DNA of 64,000 bases, from positions 279,235 to 343,234 of the forward strand of contig QPMI01000029.1 in the NCBI GenBank assembly GCA_004431415.1. The letters run 5' to 3'. The translations under genes were made by a program, and so were the position numbers. The notes beneath the pieces were generated by a model. It was not told the DNA's origin, did not search any database, and saw nothing but the letters and a program-made list of their open reading frames with translations. Source of the stretch: Cyanophora paradoxa CCMP329 (taxonomy: Eukaryota > Plantae > Glaucophyta). This document shows positions 48,887 through 62,225 of this stretch, piece after piece. How positions within the stretch are numbered: the first letter of the stretch is position 1; every line of letters starts with the position of its first letter.

Positions 48887-51800
48887 TTAGAACTCGAAGA
48901 GGCTGCGGCGGGCGGCCGGGGCCGCGAGCGCCGCGAGCGCCGCCTTCACCTCCGCCAGCGACGCCTCAAGTTTTGCCTGTCCCGCCTTCACCTCCGCCTG
49001 GCCAGCGTCGATCTTCTCCTCCAGCTTCGCCTGGCCCGCCTCCAGCTTTTCGGTGCGCTCGTGAATGGTCTCCAGGTTGCGCGGCATATTGTCCGCCGTA
49101 TGCGCCACCTGCTCGATCGGTTCGTCTCAGAAAGCTGAAGATACATTTCGACCGGGGGTGTCGAGGCTCGCACCTTGAGGGGGCCGGGGGGCACTGGGTC
49201 CGGCTTCTCCTTCGATTCGTCGTACGCGAGGGGGTATTTGAGCTTCAGCTCCAGCGGTGCATCGGTCTTCTCCTTGGCAGCGTCCGCGAGCCGCGCCTTC
49301 CGGTGGGTTTCGATGGCCTTCAGCCATGCCTCCAGGGCTTTGGACTGGGCGGTGGCCTCCTGCTGCTTCTTTTCCGTGGGCGTCTCAAACAGTTGGCCAA
49401 CGAGGCGGGACAGGTACGAGAGGCCGAGGGCAACGGAGAGGAAGGGAAGAAAGAGAGCCGCCGATATGACGTTGACGACGACGGCGGCGAGGCGAGGCGT
49501 GGGGCTCAGCAGCAGCCAGACTACATTCAGCGGCGCCACCAGGCGACGCCCCATCCGGTGGTACCGGAGAATGATCTGCAGGAAAGGTCGAATTCGAAAT
49601 GCGCAGGTTTTGTAGCTAGATTGGATTTTTTCGAGCACCTTCGCTCTTCCAAATGCGTAGACGTGTTGCGCGTTCTCAAAAACGTCCGTGAAGGAGAAGC
49701 TGTGCACGTGCACATGCATATGCATCAAATCCGCAGCGCGGGCGTAAGTGTTCATCAGATCTACACTCGATAATGGCACAGAGACGCACCTGAAGAGACC
49801 AGTAAGCACGTTGAGGAGCAGGATGACCTGGCGATGGCCGCGAGCGGTTCGGCAAAATCGAGGAGTGGCTTAAAAAATTGCAATTGCAGCCTGCAGGACG
49901 CATGCATCACGCACTGTGATAATCTGGTAGATTGAGAAGAATGCCGAGCCTGTGAAAGAATAATGCTTGAACCCATTTCCAGGCCCGGCAGGAAACAGCG
50001 AACTGCCGGACCAACGATTGGGACGCGGGAGCGCATCAGATCGTAGTCGGTCTCTCCAAGGAAACCAAAATAGAGAGATCCGCTGAGAAGCAGGAAAGGG
50101 TTGTTTAGCGCAAGAAAGATCTGAGATCTTGAGGTATACGTAGCCATCTATAAAGGACCAGACTAAGCATGAACTCACGCAGTTTCGGCCAAGGTGATTG
50201 GCGGTTCGCCATCGCTGGCGCGGCCAAGGACGGAAGCCGACCAGCCCCAGAGGGCGAACACGAAGGATGCAAAAACGAGAAGGAAGACGATGAGGACCGA
50301 GAGAACATTTTGCGCCATCTGACATTCGCACGTGAAAAAGTATAAGATTTATTAATTGCTGAGGGTTACAGAGCATCGCAGTCACAAGCTGGGAAACGCA
50401 CGCGACCGAAAACGACGAGCATGGGGCCTGTTTTGGTGTGAGCAGAGAAGGTTTTAGCTCAGAAAAGATGCTGGCCATGGGGATGTCGATGACAAACCTA
50501 GCATGGGGCTGATGTACCCAAACTCGAGAAGGCGAAGAGAAGCCGGTATAAAAACTGATCGGCAGTACTAGTCAATCTGCGCGCCACTGATGCGAATGCT
50601 GTGTACTTCGGGCCGCACCTAGGGCTAGAACAGGAATTACGTTGTCGGCGTAGCGAGCGCAAGCCGGGATTGCCTGCACGGATGTTGAAGTTAACACTGC
50701 TTGAACCACGCACACGTATACGGTTATGTATTTAAGAAAAGAGAAGAGTTAGAGTATTGCCTCTGCAATGATCCCAAGAATGGCGAGTAGCGGTGTGGCA
50801 ACGAAGAGGGCGATGTCGAGGAGATTGAAGATGTCTCCAAAGTACTCCCGGAAGCCTTCCTCTCGCGCCTGAGGCAAACTGGTTTCAAAGAAAGGAAGGC
50901 AGGCATGTTTAAAAAGACGCACCTGGTAGTACTCCCGAAGAAGCATGCAAAGGGGCTGAATGGCGAGGAGGGCCAAAACGGAAGGCCGGGGCCGCCCATG
51001 CTCCCCGAGCACGCTCGACACAGCTGGCTGCGGTTAGCTGTAGCTACACACACGGCTGAAGGAAGAAAAGGACAATACCGAGGGCAATGAGGAAGAGGAA
51101 TATAAAATAGGTAATCAAGTCCGCAGCGAACTTTCCCTTCCAGCTGTTGAGGGGGTGTCCCGGGGTCTCCCACCAGAGCTCTCCCTCGCTCGTTTGCTTG
51201 TCTTCCCAAGCGCTCTTCTCACTCTTGCCGTCCTTTCCCTCGCTCTTGCCTTCTTTTTCGGCATCCCGTGACAGCACCTTCTGAGCAAGGGACACGAGGG
51301 CGCTGGGAAGAAGTGAAACCGCCTGCATATGCATAAGGTCCTAAATTGGATGAGATAAAGCGATCATGCTGACCTGAAGATCTGATGCGCTCTCAGAGAC
51401 GCGCTGTATGTAGCGATGGACGAACGGGTGGCCCTGCGAGGATACAGCGGAGTTTGGGGTTTGGGACAGCATGTGAGGAGCGAGGAGCAAGTGGGACATG
51501 GGGCGTACAAAGAACGGGTACAAATCCAGCTCAATAGCCATGTCGAGAGGGCTGCCGACACCGGGCAGGCAAAGCTCTAGGGCCTGCATGCCCACACACA
51601 TATAGGCGACAAAACAGGCGGAAGGCAGAAGCGCGGGCACCGCCCACCTCAACAGAGTCGGCAATGGGTCCCTGTTGATCATATGCGGCGGAAAGAGCGC
51701 TATCGCAGTCGCTCTTCTTACTCTTGAGCTTGTACAACTGGAGAACACGCAAGTTTAAACACGGAAGGTACTATACAGGTACAGGGGAGGCGCAATTGCA

Positions 51801-54800
51801 ACGTACCTGATTCGCATGCCATATGTCGAGCGGATCGTCTGCCGTAAGCTTCACACATTCGCGTAGACTTGCTTCGGTCTCCGCTCTGTGCGTTCGTATT
51901 ATCAGAACTGCTCGAACCAGGCAAGCTTGAGCTTGTACATGGGTGTGCGGAAACGTGACGCACCCGTGCGCAATCCTTGCCATGGCGACTACCCACGTGA
52001 CGGAATCGCCCTCAAGACTCGTTGCTCGCCTTTGCACGCGTTCTCGAAATAATCTTCCCACAGCATCCAGCAGCTGCGTGGCAAACGTCAAAATCACAGA
52101 TCTAGAAGGGTTAGCATGGACGGTTGCATCAACGCTAGCGCTATAGCGCTAGCGATAGGCAAGAACGTTACCTGGTAGGTGACATCAATGGCGCTGTCGC
52201 GGCATTCAAGGATAAGAGAAGCCTGGTCAGGGTTTGCCTTGGCCGCTCTCTGCACGGCATGTTATGTTCATGCAGAGTGAGACTAACATATCGGGGGTCG
52301 CCTGACCTCGAGAAGACGGGCCAGGTGGAGGGCACAGTGGAGCTTGTGGGCAGGAAACTTGGCCACGACAGCGGCAGGATTACACTCAGCAGCGACAGCG
52401 TCTACGATTTGCCCGCAAATAGTAGCAAGCTTGGCTGCGGTGAACAAGACGCGCGGACACTCGAGGAAAGGGTCGAGGAGGGCGCCTTGCCGCCACCGCA
52501 GGGCGAGCTCTAGAGCTGTCACTCCCTCTTTGTCCTCTTTGTCCCACGCAGCGCCCGCTTCCAGAAAACAGCGCGTCGCTTGCGCCTGCCCCGACCAGCA
52601 GGCCGTCATAAGCGGTGTGAAACCACGTTCATCTACCGCTTCCAGCTCTGCCCCTTGCTGCAGGCTCAATATTAATCTGCACCAACAATTCAGCTCAAGC
52701 AAACGTGAGAGCGCTAGCATATGCACAGTCATCATCATGATCGGGCACCTGATTATATCAACGCAACCATATATGGCGGCAATGTGCAATATCGTTTTCC
52801 CTTTGTCGCAGGTTGCCGTCACGGGGTTCCCGAGTTCGAGGAAGAGTCTGCAGCGAGCTTGTCAGGTATCTGGATGGATGCGGCCACGGCTCAGAGGCTT
52901 ATCAATAATACGTACTTGAAGAGAGGCATGTTCCCGGATACGACAGCTGCATGAATGGGCAGCCTGTTTTCGTTGTCGTCCAGACTGGGGTCCGCGCCGC
53001 GCTCAAGCAGGAGCCGTGCCACGGCCTCATGACCATAACGGGACGCAGAAGAGAGTGCCGTGGAACCTGTGTTGGTCTTTGCATTCACCGGTGACCCATG
53101 ATCCAGCAAAAGCCTGCGGTCGGAGCACACAATCGTGCAGTCAGAAAGCAAAAACAGTCCCCCGGAGCTCTCGATTGCCGCACTTGACAAAGGCTCCGTT
53201 CCCCAACTCAGCAGCGATGTGAAGTGCTTGAATGCCCCTGGAACCGCACGGGAGCTCAGGGTCTGCTCCGCGCTCGAGCAGGAGCCGCGCGACGTCCACG
53301 TGACCGTTCTGGGCTGTATAAGAGAGCGCAGTGAGACCGCTCTCGCACTTCGCATCCACCGGCGCCCCGCACTCCAGCAGCAGCCTGCAGCCGGCACACG
53401 AGATCGCATGCAGTCCGACGGTGGAAAGCAGGGCCGGGCCCGCCACACCTGACAACAGCTCCGTGTCCATTCATTGCAGCAATGCGAAGGGGCTGCAAGC
53501 TGCTGGGACCGCACGGGAGCGCAGGATCCGCTCCGCGCTCGAGCAGGAGCCGCGCGACGTCCACGTGACCGTTGCGGGCTGCAAAAGAGAGCGCAGTGAG
53601 ACCGCTCTTGTCCTTTGCATCCACCGGCGCCCCGCGCTCCAGCAGCAGTCTGCAGCCGGCGCACGAGATCGCATGCAGTCCGACGGTGGAAAGCAGGGCC
53701 GGGCCCGCCGCACCTGACAACTGCTCCGTGTCCATTCATTGCAGCAACATGATGGGGCTGCGAGCCGCTGGGCCGCACGGGAGCGCAGGGTCTGCTCCGC
53801 GCTCGAGCAGGAGCCGCGCGGCGTCCACGTGACCCATCTCGGCTGCACAAAAGAGTGGTGTGAAATTGTTCTTGTCCTTTGCATTTACCGGCGCCCCCGC
53901 TCCAGCAGCAGCCTGCAGCCGGCGCACGAGATCGCATGCAGTCCGACGGTGGAAAGCAGGGCCGGGCCCGCCGCACCTGACAACGGCTCCGTGCCCGTTG
54001 TTTGAAGCAATGTGGAGGGGTGGAAGCCGTTGGGACCGCACGGGAGCGCAGGGTCTGCTCCGCGCTCGAGCAGGAGCTGCACGGCATCCACGTGACCCAT
54101 CTCGGCTGCACAAAAGAGTGGTGTGAAATTGTTCTTGTCCTTTGCATTTACCGGCGCCCCCCGCTCCAGCAGCAGCCTGCAGCCGGCGCACGAGATCGCA
54201 TGCAGTCCGACGGTGGAAAGCAAAGCCGGGCCCGCCGCACCTGACAACTGCTCCGTGCCCGTTGTTTGAAGCGATGTGGAGGGGGTGCCAGCCTTTTTCG
54301 TCCACCAGCGAGGTATCCGCTCCGCGCTCGAGCAGGAGCCGCGCCATGGCCTCGCGGCCTTCCTGGCATGCAATGTAAAAGACCGTAGCCCCTCGTCTGG
54401 ACTTCACATCCACAGGAATCCCGCGCCCTAGCAGAAGCCTGCAGGGGTGTTTGGTTGGCAAGGATGATGCAGGATTCCTGCAGGGCACCTCACGATGTGC
54501 TCGTGCCCGCCAGCGGCTCCCGCGTGAATTGGGAGCCTGCCCCTTTCGCCGCAAGGCCGCATCGAATCCGCGCCGCGCTCGAGCAGGAGCCGCGCTGCGG
54601 CCTCGTGGCCGTTCTCGCATGCGATGTAGAGCGCGGTGAGGCCTTCTTCGTTCTTTGAATCGACGTCGACCGGCCGGCCTCCCTGCAGCATCGCCCTGCG
54701 AGGCCCTTCGATCCAAAGTGCAATGTGGGAAGGGTGGGGGGGGGGGGGTGGGGGGGGGGAGGAGGAGGAGGGGGGGGGCGAGCGGCGGCAGGGGGAGGGG

Positions 54801-55316
54801 GGTAGGGAGGGGGGTGGAGGAGGGGGAGGGGGGGGAGGAGGGGGGGGAGGGGGGGGCGGCGCACTTAAGGTCGTTGACGTCCAAAATATTGGGGAGGGGG
54901 GGGAGGGGGGGGGAGGGGGGGGGTTGTACATGTGGCAATATCGATGAGGGGGAGGGGGGGGGGTATGGCGGGGGGGATGGAGGGGAGGGGGAGGAAGCGC
55001 ACCGAAGCACGTTGACGTCCCCCGTCGCAGCGGCATGGATCCATGGCTCGACCCCGGGCGACGCCGCGCTAGCAGCGCTGGCAGGCTGCAGCTGGCCGAC
55101 GCCGGCGGCTCCGGCTGCAGCCGCGCCAGCCGTGCCAGCTCCAAGGGAAGCGGCCGCGGCCGCGGCCGGCGCTGTGGGCGCTGGAGCTGTGCTGGAGGCG
55201 GCTTTTTCGTTCGGAGCCGAGGCCGGCGCCAGCTCAGCGCTGGACGGCGACGTGCTCTGCGCCGCGGCGAGGAGCGGGACGCGGTCGTCGACGTCGCCGG
55301 CCGCGGCGGCGGCCAT
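48887..55316 (-). CDS. Ankyrin-repeat TRP-family cation channel
   Basis: More than ten N-terminal ankyrin repeats. S1 [22 protein letters not shown]; S2-S3 [15 protein letters not shown]; S4-S5 [46 protein letters not shown]; pore YFGFLGETD; TRP-box-like YAFGRAK; APLNV; C-terminal coiled coil. Three 1-bp indels fall in the ankyrin tandem array. Confidence 0.85.
53240..54290. repeat. Intragenic tandem array of about four near-identical exon+intron units (about 260-270 bp) encoding ankyrin repeats
   Basis: The intron text GAGATCGCATGCAGTCCGACGGTGGAAAGCA recurs at about 53400, 53665, 53928 and 54192, each time with its flanking exon. Confidence 0.92.
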
Positions 55317-55913
55317 CGGCGAGGCAGAACCTGCGGATGCATGAGCGAGGCCGGCGCCGACCAGCGTCCGGCAGCTGCAGCTGGGAGCGTCCTAGTGGGT
55401 CCTTGTAGGTCTGCGCACCGCTCCCATACGGGACGAAGGTTACCGCCGCAGGGGTCGCATCCATCGCACTCGGAAGCCATCCAGCTGCAGCTGGAGAGCC
55501 GGTCGCGGTCAGCGACGCGCGGGCCGGGACTTCGAGGCGAGAATCGGAGCGCGCGCGGCGCACCAGGACGCGCCGACCGGCCGCGCCCGCGGCCTATCCC
55601 GGACATCCTCGCCGAGTCGACGAGGAAACGGCGTCGGCGAGCGTGTGGCGCTGCAGCTGCTGGCTATTCGAATTCGCTCACAGAGCGCGCGCGGCAGACC
55701 GAGTCGCCGGCAGCTGCAGATCTAGATCTAGACTAGACTGCAGATGCAGCCTCTGGCAGTCTGGCGGCGACTCTCGCCGGCGAGACTGGCGCGGCTGCTG
55801 GCTCGAGCTCCGCAGGCTGCAGGCTGCAGGCTGCAGCTGCAGCCTGGATGATGCTGGATCCGCGAGGGGGTACAGCTGCAGGTGATCATGATGATGATCA
55901 TGATGCAGTTTTG

Positions 55914-56315
55914 TTTTTTGGTGAATTACCGGCCACAGTCTCTAGACACCAGCACTGCGCGCGGGGGGCTGCCCAGGGGGCATAAAGACAAAAAAGCAAA
56001 ATAACTAAGACAAGAGCACGAAGAAAGATAAGACAAAGAGCCAAAATCGACAATAAAAAAGGAAAGACACAGAGCTCGAGACAGATCGAGAAGAGACGAG
56101 AAATCGAGCAGATCTAGGGACAGAGGATGACTGACACGAAGAAGAGCCAGAGCTAGAGATACCATCAATATCGGAAGGAATTACATCACTAAGAAGCGGA
56201 GGACAAAATTAATTTTTTGGTGAATTACCGGCCACAGGCCACAGTCTCTAGACACCAGCACAGTGGCAGCACTGCGGGGCTGCCCAGGGGCATAAAGCAA
56301 AAAAGCAAAATAACA
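55914..56315. repeat. Intergenic direct repeat (about 90 bp, 2 copies) separated by an A/G-rich spacer
   Basis: TTTTTTGGTGAATTACCGGCCACAG...TCTCTAGACACCAGCAC...GGGGCTGCCCAGGGG...AAAAAAGCAAAATAAC at 55914-56005 and 56213-56315. Confidence 0.8.
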
Positions 56316-56553
56316 TATAAAATTAATATTGCCATGTGCCGTTTGACCGGTACCCTGCTCGACGAGCTATAGCCTGTAGGTCGACCGGAATTACGTGCTA
56401 GGGCCTGCTCGGAGGCTGCTCCGAGCTCGAGCTCGAGGCTGCTCGCACCCCGACGCTGAAGGCGCTCCTACTCGCATATACACATGTACAGGCATAATCT
56501 AAAAGCAGCATGCGCAGCTAGCGTTAGGGGCGAGGCCCGGCCCGGCGAGCTAG

Positions 56554-58275
56554 TCAGGAGCGCATCTGGACGGCGGGCGCCGGGGCCGGCTCGGGCGGGG
56601 GCGGGGGCCCCTGGGCCGAGCCGTCGGAGAGGGCGGAGCCGGACTGGGAGACGGGGGCGGAGAGGACGGCCGGGGGCCCGGGGTCCAGAGAGGCCGGGGC
56701 CGGGTTGGGGCCCGGGGCCGGCGAGCCCCAGGCGGCCCGGCTGCGGGCGCCGAGGTCGCCACGGAGCTGCTGCCGCTGCCCGCCGGCGAGGCCGGCGCCT
56801 GCGGGGGCCGGCGGCGGCGAGGAGGACGAGGCGGCCGCCGCCGGGTGGGGAGGGGCGACATGTTGGCCGAGGCCCGCGGCTGCCGCTGCGGACTCGCAGA
56901 CGCCGCCGACGACGACGCGGCGGGGGCGGAGGCGGCGGCGGCGGCAGCGGCGGCGGCGGCGGCCGCCTGCCGCGCCTCGCGGGCCTGGGCGGCCGCGCGG
57001 GCCGCCGAGGGCCGTGACCACGTGGATCTCCGTCATCGCCCGACCGAAGAGCCTGCAAGCGGGAGCGGTCAGCCGCGTTCTCTATCTCTCACTTCCCATG
57101 TCCCAGCGGAGCGCACCAGGAGTTGCCGGTGGCCGCGAAGAGCGCCGGGCGCGGTCGGCACGGATGGCGGTGAGGGGCCCGTCCGAGGTCCCGCCCGCCG
57201 CGCCAGGTGGAAGTAGGCGAGGGCGAGGTCCTCCGGCATCAGCAGCCGCGAGGCGAGCTCCGCCGCGTCCGTCCAGTGCAGCGCCGCCGCGCGGGCGTCG
57301 CCGGCGGCCCAGGCCAGCTGGCCCTTGACGAGGAGCGCCCGGGGCCGCAGGACCGAGGAGCCCTGGCGACCATGCGTGGCGGAGGAGACCATGTGGCGAC
57401 TTGCCCGTCGTCGCTCCGCCGCGACCGGCGCCGGTGGGGAGGGGGGGTGGGGGGGGGGGTGGGGGTGGGGTGGGGGGGGGGGGGCAGGGTCGGGGTTGGG
57501 GTGGGAGGGTTGGGAGGGAAAGAAGACGGGGGGGGGGGGGGGGGGGGGGGCGAAGGGGGGGTTGAGGGGAAGCCGGGGGAGGTAGCGAGGGGGAAGGGGA
57601 AGAAAGCACGAGGGGAGGGGAGGGGGGGAAGGTAGTGCGCGAGGAGGGGGGGGAGGGGGGTTGGGAGAGAGAAGAAGGCCTGGGGGGGAAGAGGTAGCTC
57701 GGCGGTCAGGGGTAGGGCCTGCGCCCCGCCGCACGCGAGCTCGACTTTGATGGCGACCTCGGGACACAGGCGCGCCAGAATCTGTTAGGAAGCCAGAATC
57801 TGTGGGGAAAGAAGAAGCTCAGGGGCGGGAGGGGCGGGGCGGGGCGGGTGCGGGGCACCTCGTAGGGTCGGAGGGCGGCGCTGGGCTCGAGCCGAGCGGA
57901 GAGGAGGAGGCGGCGGGGGGCCCCCGGGGAGGGCGGCGGCCGCCCCCGCCTCGGCCCCGGAGAGGGGCCGCCGGAGGACCGCGTCGAGCTCGGCGAGGGC
58001 CCGCCGGGCGCCGGCGCCGGAGGGGAGGGCGACGACGTCCCCCCTCCCTAGGGGGTCGGATCAGATGGATTAGATGGATCAGATCAGATCACATCCGATC
58101 CGGCGCAGCGGGTGGGCGCACCGTAGAGCTCGTAGAGCACCGGAGAGGCCGGGCCGGGCGGCCGCGCTCGCGGCGAGGCCGCCGTCCTCGAGGCGGAGGG
58201 GGAGCCCGCGCAGGCCCGCGGCGCCACCGAGGGCGCGGGCGGGCGGTCTCCAGCGGCACGCGGTTCAGAATCAGC
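56554..58275 (-). CDS. 3' exons of a TPR-like helical protein (5' part unclear)
   Basis: ALLVKGQLAWAAGDARAAALHWTDAAELASRLLMPEDLALAYFHLARR, then a Pro/Ser-rich tail to the stop at 56554. Confidence 0.3.
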
Positions 58276-58329
58276 TGCGAGCCGGAGGGCGGTGAGGCGA
58301 GGCGAGGCGAGGCGGGCGCGGGCGCGGGC

Positions 58330-59660
58330 CGGGGTCGCACGCGTACCCCCAGCGGCTCCAGTCGCTCCAGCCTCGGCAGGCACGCCAGCGCGCGGACGGC
58401 GGCCTCGGAGGGATCCGCTCTCCTGAGGCGGTAGAAGCGGGGGGCGGCGATGCCCGAGGGCCTCGGGAAGGCATCCGACCTGCGGGAAGGACTTCAAGAA
58501 GAATGAGGCGGATCGGAGGGAGTGAGAGCGAGAGGGCCGCGCACCAGCGAGCGGACCAGCTCCTCGTCGAGGAGGCAGAGGCTGCGGAGGCTCCGGCCGG
58601 CGGGGCCCCCCGCGATCGGCCCGAAGCCGCCCCCGGAGGCGTCCGCCGCGAGGCAGAGGTCCGAGCGCGCGGCGCCGAAGAGCGGCGCGGGCCGCTCGAG
58701 GCGCGCGAGGGGCGCGAGCGCCGCCAGCGCCGCCGACTCCGAAGCGAGGTCGGGGCGGAAGCTGAGGGAGCGGGGGAGCGGGCAGGCGGCGGCGGCCGCC
58801 GCCGCGGCCTCCGGCGTGGCTCCACTGTCGTGGGCTTGGAAGTAGCGCGTCAGGGAGCGGAGCTCGCCGAACGGGGAGAGGGCGGCCCGCAGCTCGTCTC
58901 CCGGCGGCAGCGGCACGTCCATCCGGCCGCGGGTCTGCGCGTAGACCCGATTCTTGAGGCAAAGGTGGAGCCCCTCGAGGCGGCCGGGGGCGCCCCCCGG
59001 CGGCCGCAGCGCCCGCAGCGCTCCGAGCACGAAGCACCTCAGGAAGCCCTCGCCGCAGCCGTCTTCCTCGTCCTCGTCCTCGGATCCGAGGATCGCGAAG
59101 ACCACCTCCCGCGGCTGCGCAGCTGCAGGCGCCGCTCCGCCGCCGCCGCCGCCGCCGCCGCCGCTGCGGACGATGGACGCGAGGAGCCCGCAGGCCGCCT
59201 CCACCTCGCGCTAGCCGGCCCCGAGCGAGACGCTCGCGCCGTCGCCGAGCCGCAGCTTCCGCTTCTCCACGAGCGCCGTGGCGGCGTCGTGGCTCGACGG
59301 CGCCGAGCCAGCCGACTTCTCCTCGTCCGTCCGCAGCTCAAAGCTTGACCACTCCGTCTCCTCGATCACCCGCCGCCACCGCCTGCGACCCGGCGGCCTC
59401 GGCAACGAATTCGATCAGGAGCGCGGGGGCGGACCTGCACACGCCGCGCAGGGGCCACATCGCACGCGGCCCGAGCGACTCGAACGCGTTGCTCGCCACC
59501 GCGTCCGGCAGCGCATCGAACACGCCCGCAATTTGCGCGGCTGCGGGCGCGTCGCCTCCGCTGCCGCCTGCCTCGAGTCGCCGGCCGCGGCCGCCGCTGC
59601 CTCATCGACACGAGCCCGCTTCTCCGCACGCGAGAGGACGACATCGTTCACGGAAGCGTC
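58330..59660 (-). pseudogene. F-box / LRR-like gene with in-frame stop
   Basis: F-box-like FDALPDAVASNAFESLGPRAMWPLRGVCR|RWRRVIE. LRR-like RLEGLHL, ELRSLT, LRSLCL and LPRLERLE. In-frame TAG at 59211-59213 and a frame break near the 5' end. Confidence 0.55.
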
Positions 59661-61169
59661 GTAGCCATGCAGCAGAGCCGCGCGCCTTTGAGTCCTTGTA
59701 CCCCCAAGTTGGCTTGAGGTTTGAGCCTTGAGGCTTGAGCCTTGAGAGGCGACCAGCATTCCCGGTCCTACAGCCCGCAGCCAGACGTCGTCGCAGGTGC
59801 GCCGCTCGCGCGCTTCGCTCGATGAAAAGCTGACGTGGGCTCTTCGTCACAGGTTGCACGCCTGGCGGATCGGGAACGAGTCTAGTGGCGTTTGCGGCTC
59901 TCATTCCATGCCCGATCGGTCCGCGTTCGCCGCTCGCTCCTCGAGCCGCCGCGCGGTCGCTGGCGCATCCTGCGAACGCACGGAGTTCCCGCCCGCCCCG
60001 CGCGGGCAAACGCTCTCCGTACGATCTTAGGGTGCACAGATGGCCTCTGGGGCGCGCTACGGTCGGCAGAAGCCGCGCGGCAGCAACCTCGGGTCGTTCG
60101 AAAGCATGTCGCTCGGCGCCGGAGCGGCAGAGTGCGCTCAAACCCCTCCCCATCGTCTCCCAACACCCATAGGCTGCGGTTGACTCGGGTTTGACAAGGT
60201 TCCGCCGCCATCAAATCCCCGACCCCTACCTGGCGCTCCAGTACCCCCTCTACGCCCCCCGCCGACCCCGCCAATCGATTCCCCGGGGTCGATTTGGCGG
60301 GGAGAAGCGACAACGGGGTCCTGAATCGAAGGTGAGGTGCGGCGCTGGTGTGCACGTACCCCCCCTTAGGGCGCCACTTCGGCCCGATCTTTATTCTAAA
60401 CGAACCGCGAGGACGAGCCCGATCGGCCGGACGAGGTCCCGCCGTCGGCCGGTGCGCCCATATGGGCCGCTAGGGTCGATTGTTTGATTCTCCTCACCCG
60501 GCATGCAGGCCGCCGTCGATCCGACGCTCGCGAGAGGGGGCGATCGCCTGGAGGATCCGAGGGGTCGGGCCGCGGGGGTGTCCCGCGCCGTCCTCCGGCC
60601 GCCCGCCCCCCTCCCGCTTCGTCCCCGGAGGGTGGGCCGCCCGGGGCCCGCCCTCGGCGCCCCCGCCCCTTCTTTTCTACCCCCGAATCCTTCGCCCCCC
60701 CGGCCGCTCCCCGGTGAGGCGCTTCGCGCGAACCCCCTCCCCTCCCTTTTCCCCGCCGGCCGACGCTGAAATACAGGCTCCCGCAGGCGAGGTCGGGAGC
60801 AGCGGCGGCAGCGGCGGTAGCAGACGGCAAAGAGGTCGACCGGGGGCAAGGCGCCGAGGAGGCGCCGGGCGACCAAGGCCGCGCGGAAGAGCGCCCCCGC
60901 CGCCGGGGGCATTGAAGAGGCCGCACAGGTCCGCCGGAAGCGCGAGCGCGCCCCCCCGCCCCCTCTTTCCCGCAACGCCTTACGCCGCGGGCTCCGCCCG
61001 TCGGTGCGCCGCCCCGATCCCCCCGCCGGGCCCCGCCGTCCCCCCGCCCCCTCTCTCTGTCCTGCACCGCCTAACCCCCGCACGCCCCGCGCGCCCGCCC
61101 GCAGGCACCGCCCGGGTGCGCCACTCCGACCCCCCCCGCCTGACCCCGCCGGCTCCGCGGCTGAGCGCT

Positions 61170-61860
61170 GCGTGCGCCGGGCCCGGGCCCAGGGACGAAC
61201 GGTCGCCCTCAGCGAGGTCCGCCCCGGCGCCCTCTCTTGAGACAACCAGCGCCCGTCCTCATCCCATTCGCCTCCTTCGTCCCCGACCGGTCCCGCGCTC
61301 CCTCAGATCCGCAGGCACCAGAAGACCTTCAATCCCCTCGCCTCCCTTGCTCCCGACAAGCACCACAAGCACCAGCGCCTACGCGCCCTTCGATCGCCCG
61401 GTGCGCCCGCCCGGGGCGGCCGCGCGGGACGGGGCGGGAGGCAAGGCCGACGGGGGCGGGCGGGGCGCAGGTCAAGGAGCTGGCTCGGGACGAGTCCAAG
61501 CGCCGGCGCGAGGCCGGCTTCGCCTGCGAGGACCTGCGCTGGCAAAAGGAGGCGATCGAGGCGCTGCGCGAGGCGGCCGAGATGCACCCGACCAGGACCT
61601 TTGAGGGGGCCAACCTCATGGCGATCCAACACAGCCGCACGGCCATCCAGCCCAAGGCACGCTTCCCTCCCCCGCGTTCGCGCGCGCACGAGCCGGCGGC
61701 TGACGCCGCCCGCCGCATCCGCGCGCAGGATATTCAGGTGCCCCCGCCTCTAGGCCTCTGCCCGCCGGGCGGGCTCGATCCCCGTCCTCCCCTGACCGGC
61801 TTGGCGGGCGACCGCAGCTCCGCCGCGCGATCCGCGGCGAGGACGCGTGGGGCCGGCTCG
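61170..61860 (+). pseudogene. Divergent histone H3 variant, CenH3-like; probably degenerate
   Basis: Exons TVALSE | IRRHQKT...APFDRP | VKELARDESKRRREAGFACEDLRWQKEAIEALREAAEMHPTRTFEGANLMAIQHSRTAIQPK | DIQ | LRRAIRGE follow the H3 histone fold. Confidence 0.7.
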
Positions 61861-62225
61861 GCTGCAAGACTTGTGAGGCGCGCGAGGCGGCCCGGCGGGG
61901 CGGAGGCGTGGCGGGTGGCGAGGACGCGTGGGGCGGGCTGGCGCGGGCCGCGAGGCCTCAGGGCCGCGGCGGGCGGCGCGGGCGACCGCGCGGGACGGAG
62001 GCGCGGCGGGCGGCGGCGCAGCTCGCCGGACGGGGCGGAGGCGCGGCGGGCGGCGAGGCCTTTCGGCGGCGCGGCTCGCCGGCGGCGAGGCCCGACGGGC
62101 GGGCCGGGCGGTTGCGCGGCTTGCCGGGCGGGGCGGGAGGCTCGGCCGGCGGCGGCGCGACTTGCTGGGCGGGCGGAGGCGCGGCGGGCGGCGGCGCGGC
62201 TCGGCCGCGGCGGGCGGCGGCGGAG

